A model generated the notes under the pieces. The model was not told where the DNA came from, made no database searches, and worked only from the letters and a program-made list of their open reading frames with translations. Below, piece after piece: positions 11,501 to 21,893 of a stretch of 50,369 nucleotides of DNA. Position numbers and translations under genes: made by a program. Position 1 is the first letter of the stretch. Every line of letters starts with the position of its first letter. Source of the DNA: Psammoneis japonica (Eukaryota); the NCBI GenBank assembly GCA_008632985.1, contig QPGO01000061.1, positions 372,001 to 422,369 of the forward strand, read 5' to 3'.

Positions 11501-12731
11501 CGACTGGGCAGATGACAGTGGGACGCGAGGTGTAGCCACCGCAGAAGACGAATGCATTGTTCACTACACTGAAACCAACAGCAGGGGCACTCGGCATGTG
11601 TCAGTAGACAATAACAATGATGTCTGGGTCGGTGGCCTTTCTCTTCGAAACTTTGATTTGATCAAGGGCGGAAAGTACGACATCCCAAACTCTGGTAACA
11701 TCATTCGCTCCGAGACTGACGTTGGATTTGGTGGCTATGGAGGCATCATCGATGGAAATGGTGTCATTTGGTCTGCCAATCCTTTACTGCGGTGGGATAC
11801 TGCCAATCCATTGAGTGGAACAAATGGTGATCCACCTGGGTTCAGCATTGGACCACCCATGGATGGATCCAATTGGTCTGGTCAATTCTCCCCGGCCAGC
11901 TACGGAATATGCATTGACAGTCAGGACAATGTTTGGCATACTCAGTTCTCTGGTAATCTCATTCACAAGTATGCACCAGACGGATCATATCTAGGCAATT
12001 TTCCTCATGGCAACAATGCTGCACAGGGATGCGTGGTGGGTAGCAATGATGACGTGTGGGTGGCACATTCCTTGAGCTTTTTCGAAACTACCATTGGCCA
12101 CATCAAGAATGATGGTACATACGTTGGCAATGTCGATCTGGTTGACAATCCCGGTTTCGTTGATGGTCGCGGCCCTACAGGTGTTGCAGTGGATCGAAAT
12201 GGCAAGATTTGGTCTGCCAACATAGTCTCCGACTCGTTATCCCGTATTGACCCAACACTGGGGCCACTTGGTGCCGATGGAGTAACTCCCATTGGAGAAG
12301 TCGATCTCACCGTAGACCTAGGCCCCGGTGCAGGACCCTACAACTATGGTGACATGACGGGAAGTACTCTATCTGTCCCTCCGAATTTGGGATCTTGGAC
12401 GGTTGAGTTTGATGGTGGTGGTGGCTCCAACCTTGCGTGGGAGCGCATTGAATGGAATTCGGTAGAGCTGTTTGATTCGACATTGGCGGTGGAAGCTCGC
12501 AGCAGCCTTGATCTAGATCCCAAAGAATGGTCGCCCTGGGAGATGACAACGAATGGAGTTCAGCTCAGCAATACTCCAAGTGGACGCTACCTCGAGGTTC
12601 GAGTCCTCTTTCAGCGAGCTTCGACAGATGAGAGTCCAGTGCTACAGGATTTGGCAATTTTTGCATCTCCGGCTCAATCTCCAATCATCCCACCGCCTCG
12701 CCGTCCAATTGTAATTGGCAGTCCGCTGTGA
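8589..12731 (+). CDS. Secreted mucin-like protein B with a prokaryote-like (Vgb/NHL-type) beta-propeller head and a C-terminal beta-sandwich
   Basis: ATG at 8589 (MNIKSLPSLRRLLPVFALFW... signal-peptide-like), homologous to gene C's start. Same N-terminal domain pair and stalk. From ~11110 the head is unrelated to FG-GAP: IWIANSNRGTVVKVDT, NPSRTTVD, GPTGVAVDRNGKIW, PYNYGDMTG. Confidence 0.85.
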   Translation: MNIKSLPSLRRLLPVFALFWTYQRLPVADASSNIFLRQQNRQANLCDNATEQVLEILVLVEHTGEPLNVTDAELDALEDAFATTYNQTARDSCGNDGGFRVIDSVAIEREVTSGLTVGGNATRRVATTRQTDDIRVEFTYLYRVSLRCLGCTSDSRLFSTVQNGTRREMEILNDNVAGSQEKGQELPAQKRGVKGLRPDRSLMLTKKSPEEDPKAGMIKLRKPSRSKNKLVIDEEIDFAVEARQDEDQCLCVAPFADEFLDTFNTVIEGLVTVGILTNVDSADAVYELAPVDCGPETLFQSVVSVTHTGDPSAITQGEIVALQDGYRETYNDLNALNGEICDLLFRVLETVEIDPNLSDTISPTTPPTPPPAGGGSPVPTRAPTLPPTRPPTSAPTFSPAGGRRVFSFLYRSTGKCRGCSSRSNLFDDVSGRRVLQESLPWTEEPRFLQTNSTLNDTCFCPIDAELRAPGEVEFQREFEETIEILRERGVIQSVDPNVIVEDLVPAPVVPTPMITPAPSRFFTPFPSAVTPAPSIASTPSPTTGTTPAPTVATTPAPTTGTTPAPTVATTPAPTTATTPAPTVATTPAPTTSTTPAPTVATTPAPTTGTTPAPTIATTPAPTTGTTPAPTVAATPAPTTATTPAPTAATTPAPTISTTPAPTVATTPAPTTSMTPAPTIAATPAPTTGTTQAPTVATTPAPTTSTTPVPTVATTPAPTTGTTPAPTVATTPAPTTSTTPAPTVATTPAPTTATTPAPTVATTPAPTPSSTPAPTVATTPVPTPSLAPVLTSSPTPAPTPSLAPVPTPSPTPSLAPVLTPSPTPAPTPSLTPPPTPSPTPLATYTTNDDFARGTLVNVNFVDTPNQLQLDSESVPFNFIWIANSNRGTVVKVDTNTGEIKGEYRTSPQNQGLGNPSRTTVDNDGSVWLANRNDIGPNGFGTVIHIGLEESNQCEDRNLNGVIDTSTGLGNILDWADDSGTRGVATAEDECIVHYTETNSRGTRHVSVDNNNDVWVGGLSLRNFDLIKGGKYDIPNSGNIIRSETDVGFGGYGGIIDGNGVIWSANPLLRWDTANPLSGTNGDPPGFSIGPPMDGSNWSGQFSPASYGICIDSQDNVWHTQFSGNLIHKYAPDGSYLGNFPHGNNAAQGCVVGSNDDVWVAHSLSFFETTIGHIKNDGTYVGNVDLVDNPGFVDGRGPTGVAVDRNGKIWSANIVSDSLSRIDPTLGPLGADGVTPIGEVDLTVDLGPGAGPYNYGDMTGSTLSVPPNLGSWTVEFDGGGGSNLAWERIEWNSVELFDSTLAVEARSSLDLDPKEWSPWEMTTNGVQLSNTPSGRYLEVRVLFQRASTDESPVLQDLAIFASPAQSPIIPPPRRPIVIGSPL

Positions 12732-13655
12732 GATATCTTGAATGGCACTAATGAAGGAGACCTTTTTGGATTTTCCGTTCGATTTCAAGAGATGGAAACA
12801 TGGTGGCGGTGGGCGTACCGGAAGTTAGCAGTGGGCCCAACATTCGCCCCGGTTATGTTGTGGTGTATCGATTTAAAGGAGAATTCTTTTGTGGTCCGTA
12901 TTTTACCTGATGATGGCATTGAGCGCTTCATTGGTCCCGGTTATGTTGTGGTGTATCAAATTGACGAATCAGCCAATGAATGGGCACAACTGGGTCAATT
13001 GTTGACCGGTGATGCTGATGGTGATGCTTTTGGTTATTCAGTGGCTTTGAATAGTAATGGCACTGTTATTGCCATTGGAGCACCAGGTTTTTCTGCTGGT
13101 TTTGGTCGAGTCTTTGAATTGAATTCGAACGATCAACGGGATCAACGCGGGAACGGCATTACTTGGGACGCTGAAATTGATTTTGGCATTTCCGTGTCGT
13201 TGTCAGATGACGGCAAATAGAGATGCCAAAGGCTTATCTTACTCCGGCTCTGCGTATGCATTCACCGTTAACCCTTTTAGTGGCTACTCTCGTCGTCTAG
13301 GGTACTGACTAATCTCATTGTCGAGTATAATAGTGTACAATTCAAGCGAGTTGCTTATTGTGCTCTGCCGGCTCAGGCGCTGTTGTTTTATATTTCTATT
13401 CAAGTGTGACATCGCAATGAACACGCGTTCTATATATACACTGCTGCGTTTGAGTTTGCGTAGGTGTTATGGTCCGACGTTATCTATTAGTGAAAATGTC
13501 GTTGCAATGGGGCAGCGCTGCGGTTTGAATAACGCGGGTCAAGTTTCAATCTTTCAATGCTGGGATTCAATCGGAGAAACTGACCGTTTTGGAACATCCA
13601 TGCCATTGTCGGAGGACGAAAGCATCGTTTGTGGTGCTGCAGCGAAGCGCTGAAA
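12715..13655 (+). pseudogene. Frameshifted/deleted FG-GAP propeller(s) that originally continued gene B
   Basis: gagatatcttgaatggcact..tttcaagagatggaaac, EWAQLGQLLTGDADGDAFGYSVALN, and the terminal ggctctgcgtatgcattcaccgttaacc + gtggcta 3' motif at ~13245-13300 match the ends of genes A and C. Confidence 0.85.
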
Positions 13656-13683
13656 AGCGATTCAATCGACCGTCATCCTTGAA

Positions 13684-15540
13684 CTTGAAATCGTTCCGAG
13701 AGTCATTGTAACTTGCGCACTTGGCCATTGATCCAAGGGACCTGGACAAAGGAGGTGCACAATTTCTTGGTGGCCAAGTTGGAATTTCCTTTTGGAGTGG
13801 CACGTGCATGACATTTTCTGGGGACGACAGATTGTTGGGTGGGAAATGGAAACTGCCGCCATTGACCTGCAGCAACAACACCTCTGACAGATGGTGCATG
13901 ATGATGTGCAGCAGAAAAGTTGGAACCCAGACAGACCTTGGAGCCAGGTGGTACATTCCTGCAGCAGGAGAAGCTGGACCAGCAAGTGCACTTGTCAGCT
14001 CTGAAGATGACATTGCCTCCAGCAGTGCCCAGCAGATGATCAACCCTGGCACCACTCAAACAGGTTTTGCATGCATCTGCTTGTTTTGGCATTGTCGCTT
14101 GTCACAGTCTCCCTTTCCCCCAGATGGTGTTGCACAACTCTGTCAGTTGCCTGCCCTGTCTGAAAAAAAAGGGCTCCAGCAAGCATGTGCAAGAGTGATT
14201 TTGTGCCTGAAGAAACAATCTTTGGAACTCTGGAATTTGCACAGCTTGGGGCCATTTGCACAGAAAAAATGTGCGGCACACTTGAGCAAGTCTTGGCAGA
14301 TGCACTTGGTGCTGCAAATGTTGAACATGAAATGATGGAAGAGCAATGTCAACTCAATGCTTGTGGTGAATTCAGGCACTCCAGTGTAAACTGCTGTGCC
14401 ACTGTGGAGCTTGAAAGCATTTCTCTCATGGATGCTGTCATGGCCAAGGCAAGTTGGGTGATGTTCATGGGTGCAGCCATGTCAACTCTTGTCCTGCTTG
14501 CATGCAAGACCTTGTCAACCATGGTGTTGGCTGCATTGTCTCAGTCTCCAGCTCTTGCATGACAAAAGAACAAGATCGTGCCACCAATTGCACAATCAAA
14601 CAGGCCACCAATGATGGCCTTGCATCTGAAGAAACAGCTGCCAAGTGCAGTGACCCTCCTTGGGTGCAAACAGCAGGGGAAATTTTGGAGCTCAAGGTTG
14701 TTGTTGCTTTGAATCAAGGTCAGCTGTGTGGACTCCAAGTTGACTTGGTTTGTTCCTGACCTTGGCAATGGTGGATTAGACTTTGCAGAGAATTGTCCAT
14801 TTCATTGAAGTGCTCATTTGCTTCCTCCACATCAAACATCAAAGTCATGAGTTTGAAAAATGTGACTCTCCACAGGGGGGCAGACATGCTGAGCATGGGG
14901 TGCAGAAATGCAAGAAGCCATTCTGGGAAAGAGACTCCAACAGAGGCTCCAATCCACATGGAAATGCCCCCCACTCACAGCAAAACAAATCATGGTTCCT
15001 CCTGCAGAGCCACAAATGCACTGCGTTTTGGCACCTTTGAGTGGAAATGGGTCAGCTCTTGGGGTTGACAATTTCTTGGAACAAGCCTCCATTTTTCAAT
15101 GTGCCATCACTGAGTGGATTCCTGTTTGCAATCTTTCAGGTGGCAAGGCCACATTTGACAGACTCAGGTCAGCCCTTGTCCGTGTCTCTTGTCTTAGGAT
15201 GGGAGAGGCATTGTTGTCATTTTGTCAATCAGAGTGCCGACACCAAATGGCAATGATGATGCAAGATTGGCCTTTGCGCGCTCACATCACACTGCCATTG
15301 AATTGCAACCGGCCCCTTCACCAAGTCCAGTGCAGTGACAAGCACATTGAGGATGAGCAACAAGCCTGCCCCATGTGGCTCTTGCACCAACACCTTTTCC
15401 ACAGTTCACAGCTTGCAAGTGTTTTTTTCAAAAGACGGCTCCTGGAAAGCATGCTCATTTTTGGTGTGCTGTCATCAGCATTGCATTTGCTCCTTGTCAA
15501 ATTGTCATCAACCTTTGCAAAACAGCAGTGTGATTTCATG
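13684..15540 (-). repeat. Hypermutated unknown coding-like sequence, homologous to ~43990-44780
   Basis: gcacttggccattga..agggacctggaca (13717 vs 44019), tttgagtggaaatgggtcagctcttg (15036 vs 44334), ggctcttgcaccaacacctttt (15377 vs 44652). TpA and CpG nearly absent. Confidence 0.7.
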
Positions 15541-15565
15541 CCTTTGGCTTCCGGGGGGGGGGGGG

Positions 15566-15832
15566 GGGCTGTTCCAGCTCCAGGTGAGATGATTTTCATC
15601 ACGCGAGAGGCCGATTTTCTGCGCAGTTTAGCGCAAACAACTCCCTTCAATTTTGATCGTTTCAAAAATCGAAAGGCAAGTGTACACCCAAAAATGCATG
15701 TAAAGTGTACACTTGCCCTTCGATTTGGCAAAAAATGGATTTTGAGAAAGTCAATTGCGCCAAATGCGACAATTTTTAAAAAATGATGAGAATCGAACCC
15801 GTCGTGCGCATCACCTGGAGCTGGACCAGGCC
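15566..15832. mobile_element. 267-bp MITE inserted in a poly-G tract (4-bp TSD GGGG)
   Basis: TIRs gggctgttccagctccaggtga / tcacctggagctggaccaggcc; internal 22-bp hairpin aaatcgaaaggcaagtgtacac...gtgtacacttgcccttcgattt; retains CpG and TpA unlike its flanks. Confidence 0.75.
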
Positions 15833-16119
15833 GGGGGGGGGGGGGGGGTTGCATGCTCGGCCATGATGGCACTGACTCTCTTGTGTCCTGTCCTCTCTGC
15901 TGGCAATGCTGCAGAGATGACAAGCAGCACCCAGCACATCTGGCAAAATGATGTTGAAGCTGTCAATGATCAACAAGCTTGTGTCATGGCTAAAAAGATC
16001 TGTTTGATGAGTGGTCACATCACACGCATTCAGCAAGGTTGACACACCAGAGCCTTTGCCAGAACCATGGTCCCATTTGGCACAATTGTCACCAGCAGAG
16101 CCCCCTTGAGCACCAGGGC

Positions 16120-17258
16120 ATTCATTTCTAGGAAGCATCTTCCCCAGAGCTCTGTTTGAGCTGCGCTGCTTTACAAGCGTCTCATGAGTGCCATCCACAT
16201 CCAGCCAAGCCTCATGTCCAGCTTCCTGCACAAAGTCAAAACACTCATGCCGTCCACATGGTTGTGGTCCTGAAGAGCAGCCTTGGGCTTGTTCATGGCT
16301 GCAGAAATCAACTCCCAGAACAACTTGGGGAGTTCCATCAACTTGAAGCCCTCCATTTTCATCACTGATTCATGGCTGGCAATGAAGAAATGGACCACCG
16401 TTTCCTTGAGAAGAGCGCAATTCTTTTGGTCTGCACAGTGTAGTTTTTTGATTGCATTTTTGAGAGACACACCTGACTCTGCCACTTTGGCTTCTGCAGG
16501 GAGCTTCAAGCTCAAGCAGCACTCAAACTTGTCTGCAACGTCGAGCAGGTCCATGGCATTTTCTTCCATGCAAAAATTGTTTGGAAGCTCATCTTGACAA
16601 AGTGCAGAAACGCATGAAAAATGGATGGATTGACATTTCCGTTGCAATCTCCTTTGTCTCCTTTGGTGGCTCACTGGCCCCAGGGCTTGCTTGGCAAGAA
16701 TCACCTTGTGACAATGAAATGTCCTGCCACCCACAGAAAAGGTGACGAAATCGTTTGACTCAAATGCACACTTCATGTCCTTGCCAAGTGTGTTTGTTGG
16801 GCACCACAACCTGGGCTTGGGATCTTGAGGCACATTTAGAATCATCACATTGGTGATGACTGCAAGTGCTCCATTCATGAGGCATCCTCTCTTGACCGAT
16901 CAAGCATGTGTTTGCACAGTGCAAAATCACTGCATCCATGACATTTGTCTTCATCAAAAGTTCTGATTTCAGCTCTTCTTGTTGGTCCCACAAACAGCAA
17001 GTGCATCACCAGTGGCAGCTGACTTTCATGGTTGTCACCCAAACCAGAGGCAACATGTGCAATGCAAATGACAACACAATGCCGTGAAGAATTTGTCAAG
17101 CCTCTGTGGAACAGCTGCAGTCGCCACTGATGCCCATGGCAAGGAAGTGATCTGGAAAGCACATGCTCCCCAGCATTTTGAGGAAGACTGGCAAAGCCAG
17201 GGAAATTAAAGCAGATGGTTTGTTTTTCTGAAAGCACCGTTCCACCCACTGCAGCCAT
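16120..17258 (-). pseudogene. MATH-BTB(-BACK) SPOP-like pseudogene, copy 1
   Basis: FNFPGFASLPQ, CHGHQWRLQL, DFVTFSVGGRTFHCHKVILA, LLDVADKFEC, KNCALLKETVVHFF, MSVxTLxRKLD; multiple frameshifts; paralog at 45716-46865. Confidence 0.8.
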
Positions 17259-17749
17259 GATGGATGTTTTTCTGCTGAGAATGGCACTGCCCTTCAAGAT
17301 GGAACAATGAAACACAACAAAATCAGACTTCCTGTGCTGTTCTTAGAACTCATCAAAGGCGATTGAGGACTTGCGGAGGAAGTGGGAAAGAGTGGCAGCA
17401 AAGCCATGTCATTGCCACTGTGGCTGCTGCTGAAGATGAGGAAGGATCACAATGAGAGGATTTGCACTTTGTTGAGTCACCTTTTCTTTTCTTTTCCAAA
17501 ACTTGATCCACTGTGCAACTCAATTCCTTGCATTGAAAGGCTTTCACACAAAGGTGCCCCTTTTGACAAAGAGGGGAGAGCTGCAGCATGAAAGCATTGC
17601 TGCCATTTTGAGTCTCATCAAAATGTTTGTTCTGAGGCTGTTGTGCATGTGCGCAGTGTCTTGTCATGAGAAAGGTTGCGCAAATTGCTGAGGTTGCATG
17701 TGACATTGTGCACGCATCAGCAAGTGGGGCCACCACCGTGGACGACACC

Positions 17750-19570
17750 TGATTGTGATGACCTTGGCATGAAGGGGCGACTTTCAGTGCAGATGAAGTG
17801 GGGATGTGCAACCTGCTTGGGCAATTGTTCACAGATGGCCTGGGATGGGCTTTCCTGAAGCATTTCAGTCATGCCCAGAGAATGGATGCTGTGCTTTCTT
17901 CCTTGCCCTGCTGGGGGCTGAGAGGCACCAGTCAGGCTCCTGATGGTGCTGATGCTCTGAATCCACCAGCTGCAACAGTCACATGTGTGTTGATGTTGCC
18001 AGTGTGAAGTGAAGTGGACAAGGTTGCTTTACATTCAACCACCAGCATGTCCAGTGCTGTCAGAAGACAAACAACAAACTCCAGGAACCCTTGGAGAGTG
18101 CTGGCTGGTGGCCACTGAGACCAAGAAAAAGGTCACAAATTTTCTCTCAAGAGGGAGTGCCCAACCCCCAACTCAAAGTTGACAAGCAGCCAGTCAGCAA
18201 CAATGAAGCAAAGCTCTCCAGCTTTGAAGTGTGTCAGCAGCACTTGAAAATGGCAGTTGAGCACAGCCCCACTCACAGCAGCCAGGGATCTCCCTTGCAC
18301 TGCAGCTGCCCCACTCTTTGCAAGAATGACTCTGGGCAGGCCCACAATCTCTCTGAAGGCCTCAGGTTTCACAGAATCATGAGAAGATGCAAGCACCTTG
18401 CTTTGCCCTGGTCACCATCTAAAGGGCAAATGGCTGGCTCTGTTGCTCCAACAAAGAAAAGAAGAAAGAAGAAAATGAAACCCACCTTGCCGCTGCTTTG
18501 CTGCCGCCCACACCAACACCAACCACAACAGACCCACATTCCCCAGTGCCCACAAAGAGCAGCAGGGACAAGTTGACAGCCATTGAATTCATTGTTCAAG
18601 AACAATGCCTGTCAGATGCCACAGTTTAAAGTCAAAATGGCAACCAACCAGACATTTGTTGCACTGCAAACACAGTTGCTGTGCTTCAAAGAATGGCAAA
18701 GCCCAACCACACCACATGGGAAACACCAAAATGAACACTGCAAAAAACTGGGCCCATGTCTGTCTCCAAAAATAATGTGCTTGCAGAGAATGTGAGTGAA
18801 ATTCCTGGGATGAAACCATCCAGGAAGTCCAACACAGAACACAGCAAAGGAAAGGAAAATGATGATGGCCAAGGATGTGGACAACACCTGATTGCAATGA
18901 CCCCACATGAAGGGGCACAACATTCAGCACAGATGAAACGGGGACGTGCAACCTGCTCAAGCAATTGTTCACAGATGACCCGGGGTGGGCTTTCCTGAAT
19001 CCTGAAGCCTTTCAGTTGTGCCCAGAGAATGGATGCTGTGCTTTTTTCCTTGCCCTGCTGGGGGCTGAGAGGCCGCCACACTCCCGATGGCACTGATGCT
19101 CTGATGCCACCAGCTGCAAGAGTCACATGTGTGCTGATGTTGCCAGTGTGAAGTGAAGTGAAGTGAACAAGGCTGCCTCACATTCAACCACCAGCATGCC
19201 CAGTGCTGCCAGAAGACACACAACAAACTCCAGGACCTTGGAGAGCTGGCTGATGGCCACTGAGACCAAGAAAAGTTTGCAAGCTTCCTCTCCAGGGGGA
19301 GTGCCCAACCTCAAAGTTGGCAAGCAGCTGGTCAGCAGCAATGAATCAAAGCTCTCCATCTTTGAAGTGTGTCAGCAGCAATTGAAAATGGCAGTTGAGA
19401 TGAGCACAACCACAACAGCCAGGGATCCCTTTCGCCGCAGCAGCCAGCTGCCTCACTCTTTGCATCAGGAATGACTCTAGGCACAATCTCTCTGAAAGCC
19501 CCAGGTTCCACAAAAAGAGGCAAGTGCTTTGCATTTGCCCTGGTCACTGTCTAAAGGCCTGATGGCTGGT
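17750..19570 (+). repeat. Diverged duplication of a ~650-bp segment (17780-18435 vs 18920-19570)
   Basis: Shared gcaattgttcacagatg, gcccagagaatggatgctgtgct, gccagtgtgaagtgaagtg, tttgaagtgtgtcagcagca. Confidence 0.75.
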
Positions 19571-19759
19571 TTTGTCCAACAAAGAGTGTGGCACAAAAGC
19601 ATGTGCATGGGCTCTGAAAGCAGAGAATCAACTGTGTGACAATGACAGAGAGCAAGATGTGTCCCAGGTCAAAATGGACAATGTGGAAGAACCCAAGTCA
19701 CCTGCTGGGCCCAACAAAGCCGAGAGGGATGCCAAGCTAATTTCCAAACACAAGAAAAG

Positions 19760-21413
19760 AGGCACAGTCAGAAACAACAACTTGCACCACATCAAGCAAA
19801 GCCAGTCTTGCAGTTGAAAATGAGATGAAGTTGAGAAAGTTTTTTGCACTCTGTTTGAATTCCAGCAAAACAGCTGACACATGACCTGGAAGGTGAACAT
19901 CAGATTGCTTTGATGGTGTGCAGCACACAATCTGCAATCAGGCTCACTCCTCCTGCTCAACAATTGAGTCAACTCAGCAGGCCAGCCAGCTCAGTTTGCC
20001 AACACTTTTGTGGGAGGTTTGGTTTTTGTTCCATTCTCTGATCTAACCCAGATGGCAGCTCTGTGGCTGTGCACTTCAGCAAGCTCCAGCAGCTGATGAA
20101 CAACTTGCCTGTTCAACATCTGTCATGTGGCGGCAGTCTGGACACACACACACAGAAAAAATGGGCCAAGACTGGCTGCCTGTTGGGGGCTGCACTCAGA
20201 ACTCTCTGTCTCATCCCACCAAACAAATTCAGGCAAACAAGTTGGTTGCTCACAATGCATTGCAGCAATTTGATCCAAAGAGCACACACTTGATCACTTG
20301 TCCAGACTCAAAGATCTGGTGTGCTCTGGCTGCTTCATCTGAGTGCTGAGGTGGCTTCAACTTTTCAGTCCAGCAAGTGAACCATGGCTGACTTGGGGGG
20401 ACCACCACAACTGGAGCTCACTTCTCCCAGATTTTGTGCAGATGACAGGGCATTGGACCATTTGCCCAAAGAACATTCCCAGGGTGACAGCCCAAGCAAG
20501 TGCTTGGAGTGAGTGTGCACCATCCAAGCAGAAGTGTTTAGACAGAAGAAGGAGGCACCGTGACTCAGGTTCCCCGGTGTCAAAAGAAGGCCACGCCACA
20601 GTCAGAAGCAACAACTTGTGCCATCAAGCAAAGCCAGTCTTGCAGTTTAAAATGATGTGAAGTTGGGAAAGTTTTTTGCACTCTGTTTGAATTCCAGCAA
20701 AACAGCTGATGCATGACCCATCAGGTGCCAACATCAGATTGCTTTGGGTGTGCACAATCAGGAGGCTCACTCCTCCTGCTCAACAGTTGAGTCAACTCAG
20801 CAGGCTGGCCACTTGACGAGCCAGCTCAGTGTGCCAAGACTTTCGTGGGAGGTTTGGTTTTTGTTCTATTCTCTGATCCAACCCAGATGGCAGCCATGTG
20901 GCTGTGCACTTCAGCGAGCTCCAGCAGCCGATGAATGACTTGCCTGTTCAACATCTGTCATGTGGCAGTCTGGACACACACAGAAATGGGCCAAGACTGT
21001 CTGTCTGCCTGTCGGGGCTGCACTCAGAACTCTCTGACTTATCCCAACCAACAATTTCAGGTAAACAACTTGGTTGCTCACAATGCATTACAGCAATTTG
21101 ATCCAAAGAGCACACACACATGATCACTTGTCTAGACTCAAAGATCTGGTGTGCTCTGGCTACTTCATCTGAGTGCTGAGGTGGCTTCAACTTTTCAGTC
21201 CAGCAAGTGAACCATGGCTGACTTGGGGGGACCACCACAACTGGAGCTCACTTCTCTCAGATTTTGTGCAGATGACAGGCCATTGGACCATTTCGCCCAA
21301 AGAACATTCCCAGGGTGACAGCCCAAGCAAGTGCTTGGAGTGAGTGTGCACCATCCAAGCAGAAGTGTTCAGACAGAAGAAGGAGGCACCGTGACTCAGG
21401 TTCCCCGGTGTCA
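19760..21413 (+). repeat. Tandem duplication with ~830-bp period (19760-20582 / 20597-21413); a related fragment is at ~47390-47540
   Basis: cacagtcagaa.caacaacttg at 19763 and 20597; near-identical 20270-20582 vs 21100-21413, both ending gttccccggtgtcaa. Confidence 0.85.
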
Positions 21414-21418
21414 AGGAT

Positions 21419-21712
21419 AGGTTTCACATGGATCAACTGTTTCCTGGGGTGACATCCATTCATTGGGACACAGCCAGGTCTGTTTTATCAAGTGGTTGTG
21501 GATGCAACCAGCTCTGCCCTTGAAAAAAGAAGAAAGAGCATCCACACAAGATGATGTCATTCATCCATGATGTTGGAGTGCCCCAAGAGACAGTCTCCGA
21601 CGGTGTTCTGGAGTTAACTTACGGATGCACCAAGGAGACCAGCAAGAAATGCAGGATCAAACAACCTGGTGACTGTGCCGTGCAGTCCCTGGCAGAACTT
21701 GGCTTTCTGGCA
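21419..21712 (+). mobile_element. Ty1/copia integrase fragment
   Basis: RFHMDQLF, MSFIHDVGVPQETVSDG and VPCSPWQNLA resemble the copia rve core (FxxDxLF...DxG.P..LxSDG...P(Y)SPWQNxAE). Confidence 0.6.
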
Positions 21713-21893
21713 ACGAATGATTTCACATCTGTGCTTTTATGAGTTGATCCTGATATTATCAGCTACATCTTAATCTTCGTTGACAAGTAGAGTGTGCTCC
21801 CAATATTGCAGGGCACTCTAAGAGAGTCACAAGAGGGGGGCTCTACCACACACAATTTACATTAGAATTTAGACTAATTATGAATCATGATGC

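Noticed and set aside
11109..12665. Bacterial contamination or chimeric assembly
   Set aside because: The module is fused in frame to the host stalk and followed directly by host-type propeller remnants; read-level confirmation is still advisable.
13700..21500. Dozens of 60-290 aa overlapping ORFs rich in Cys/His
   Set aside because: By-product of TpA loss removing TAA/TAG; no coherent domains except the BTB and integrase remnants.
13700..21500. Classical RIP or CpG deamination as the sole explanation
   Set aside because: Both are C->T; RIP raises TpA and CpG decay cannot remove it. CpG decay is present but additional.
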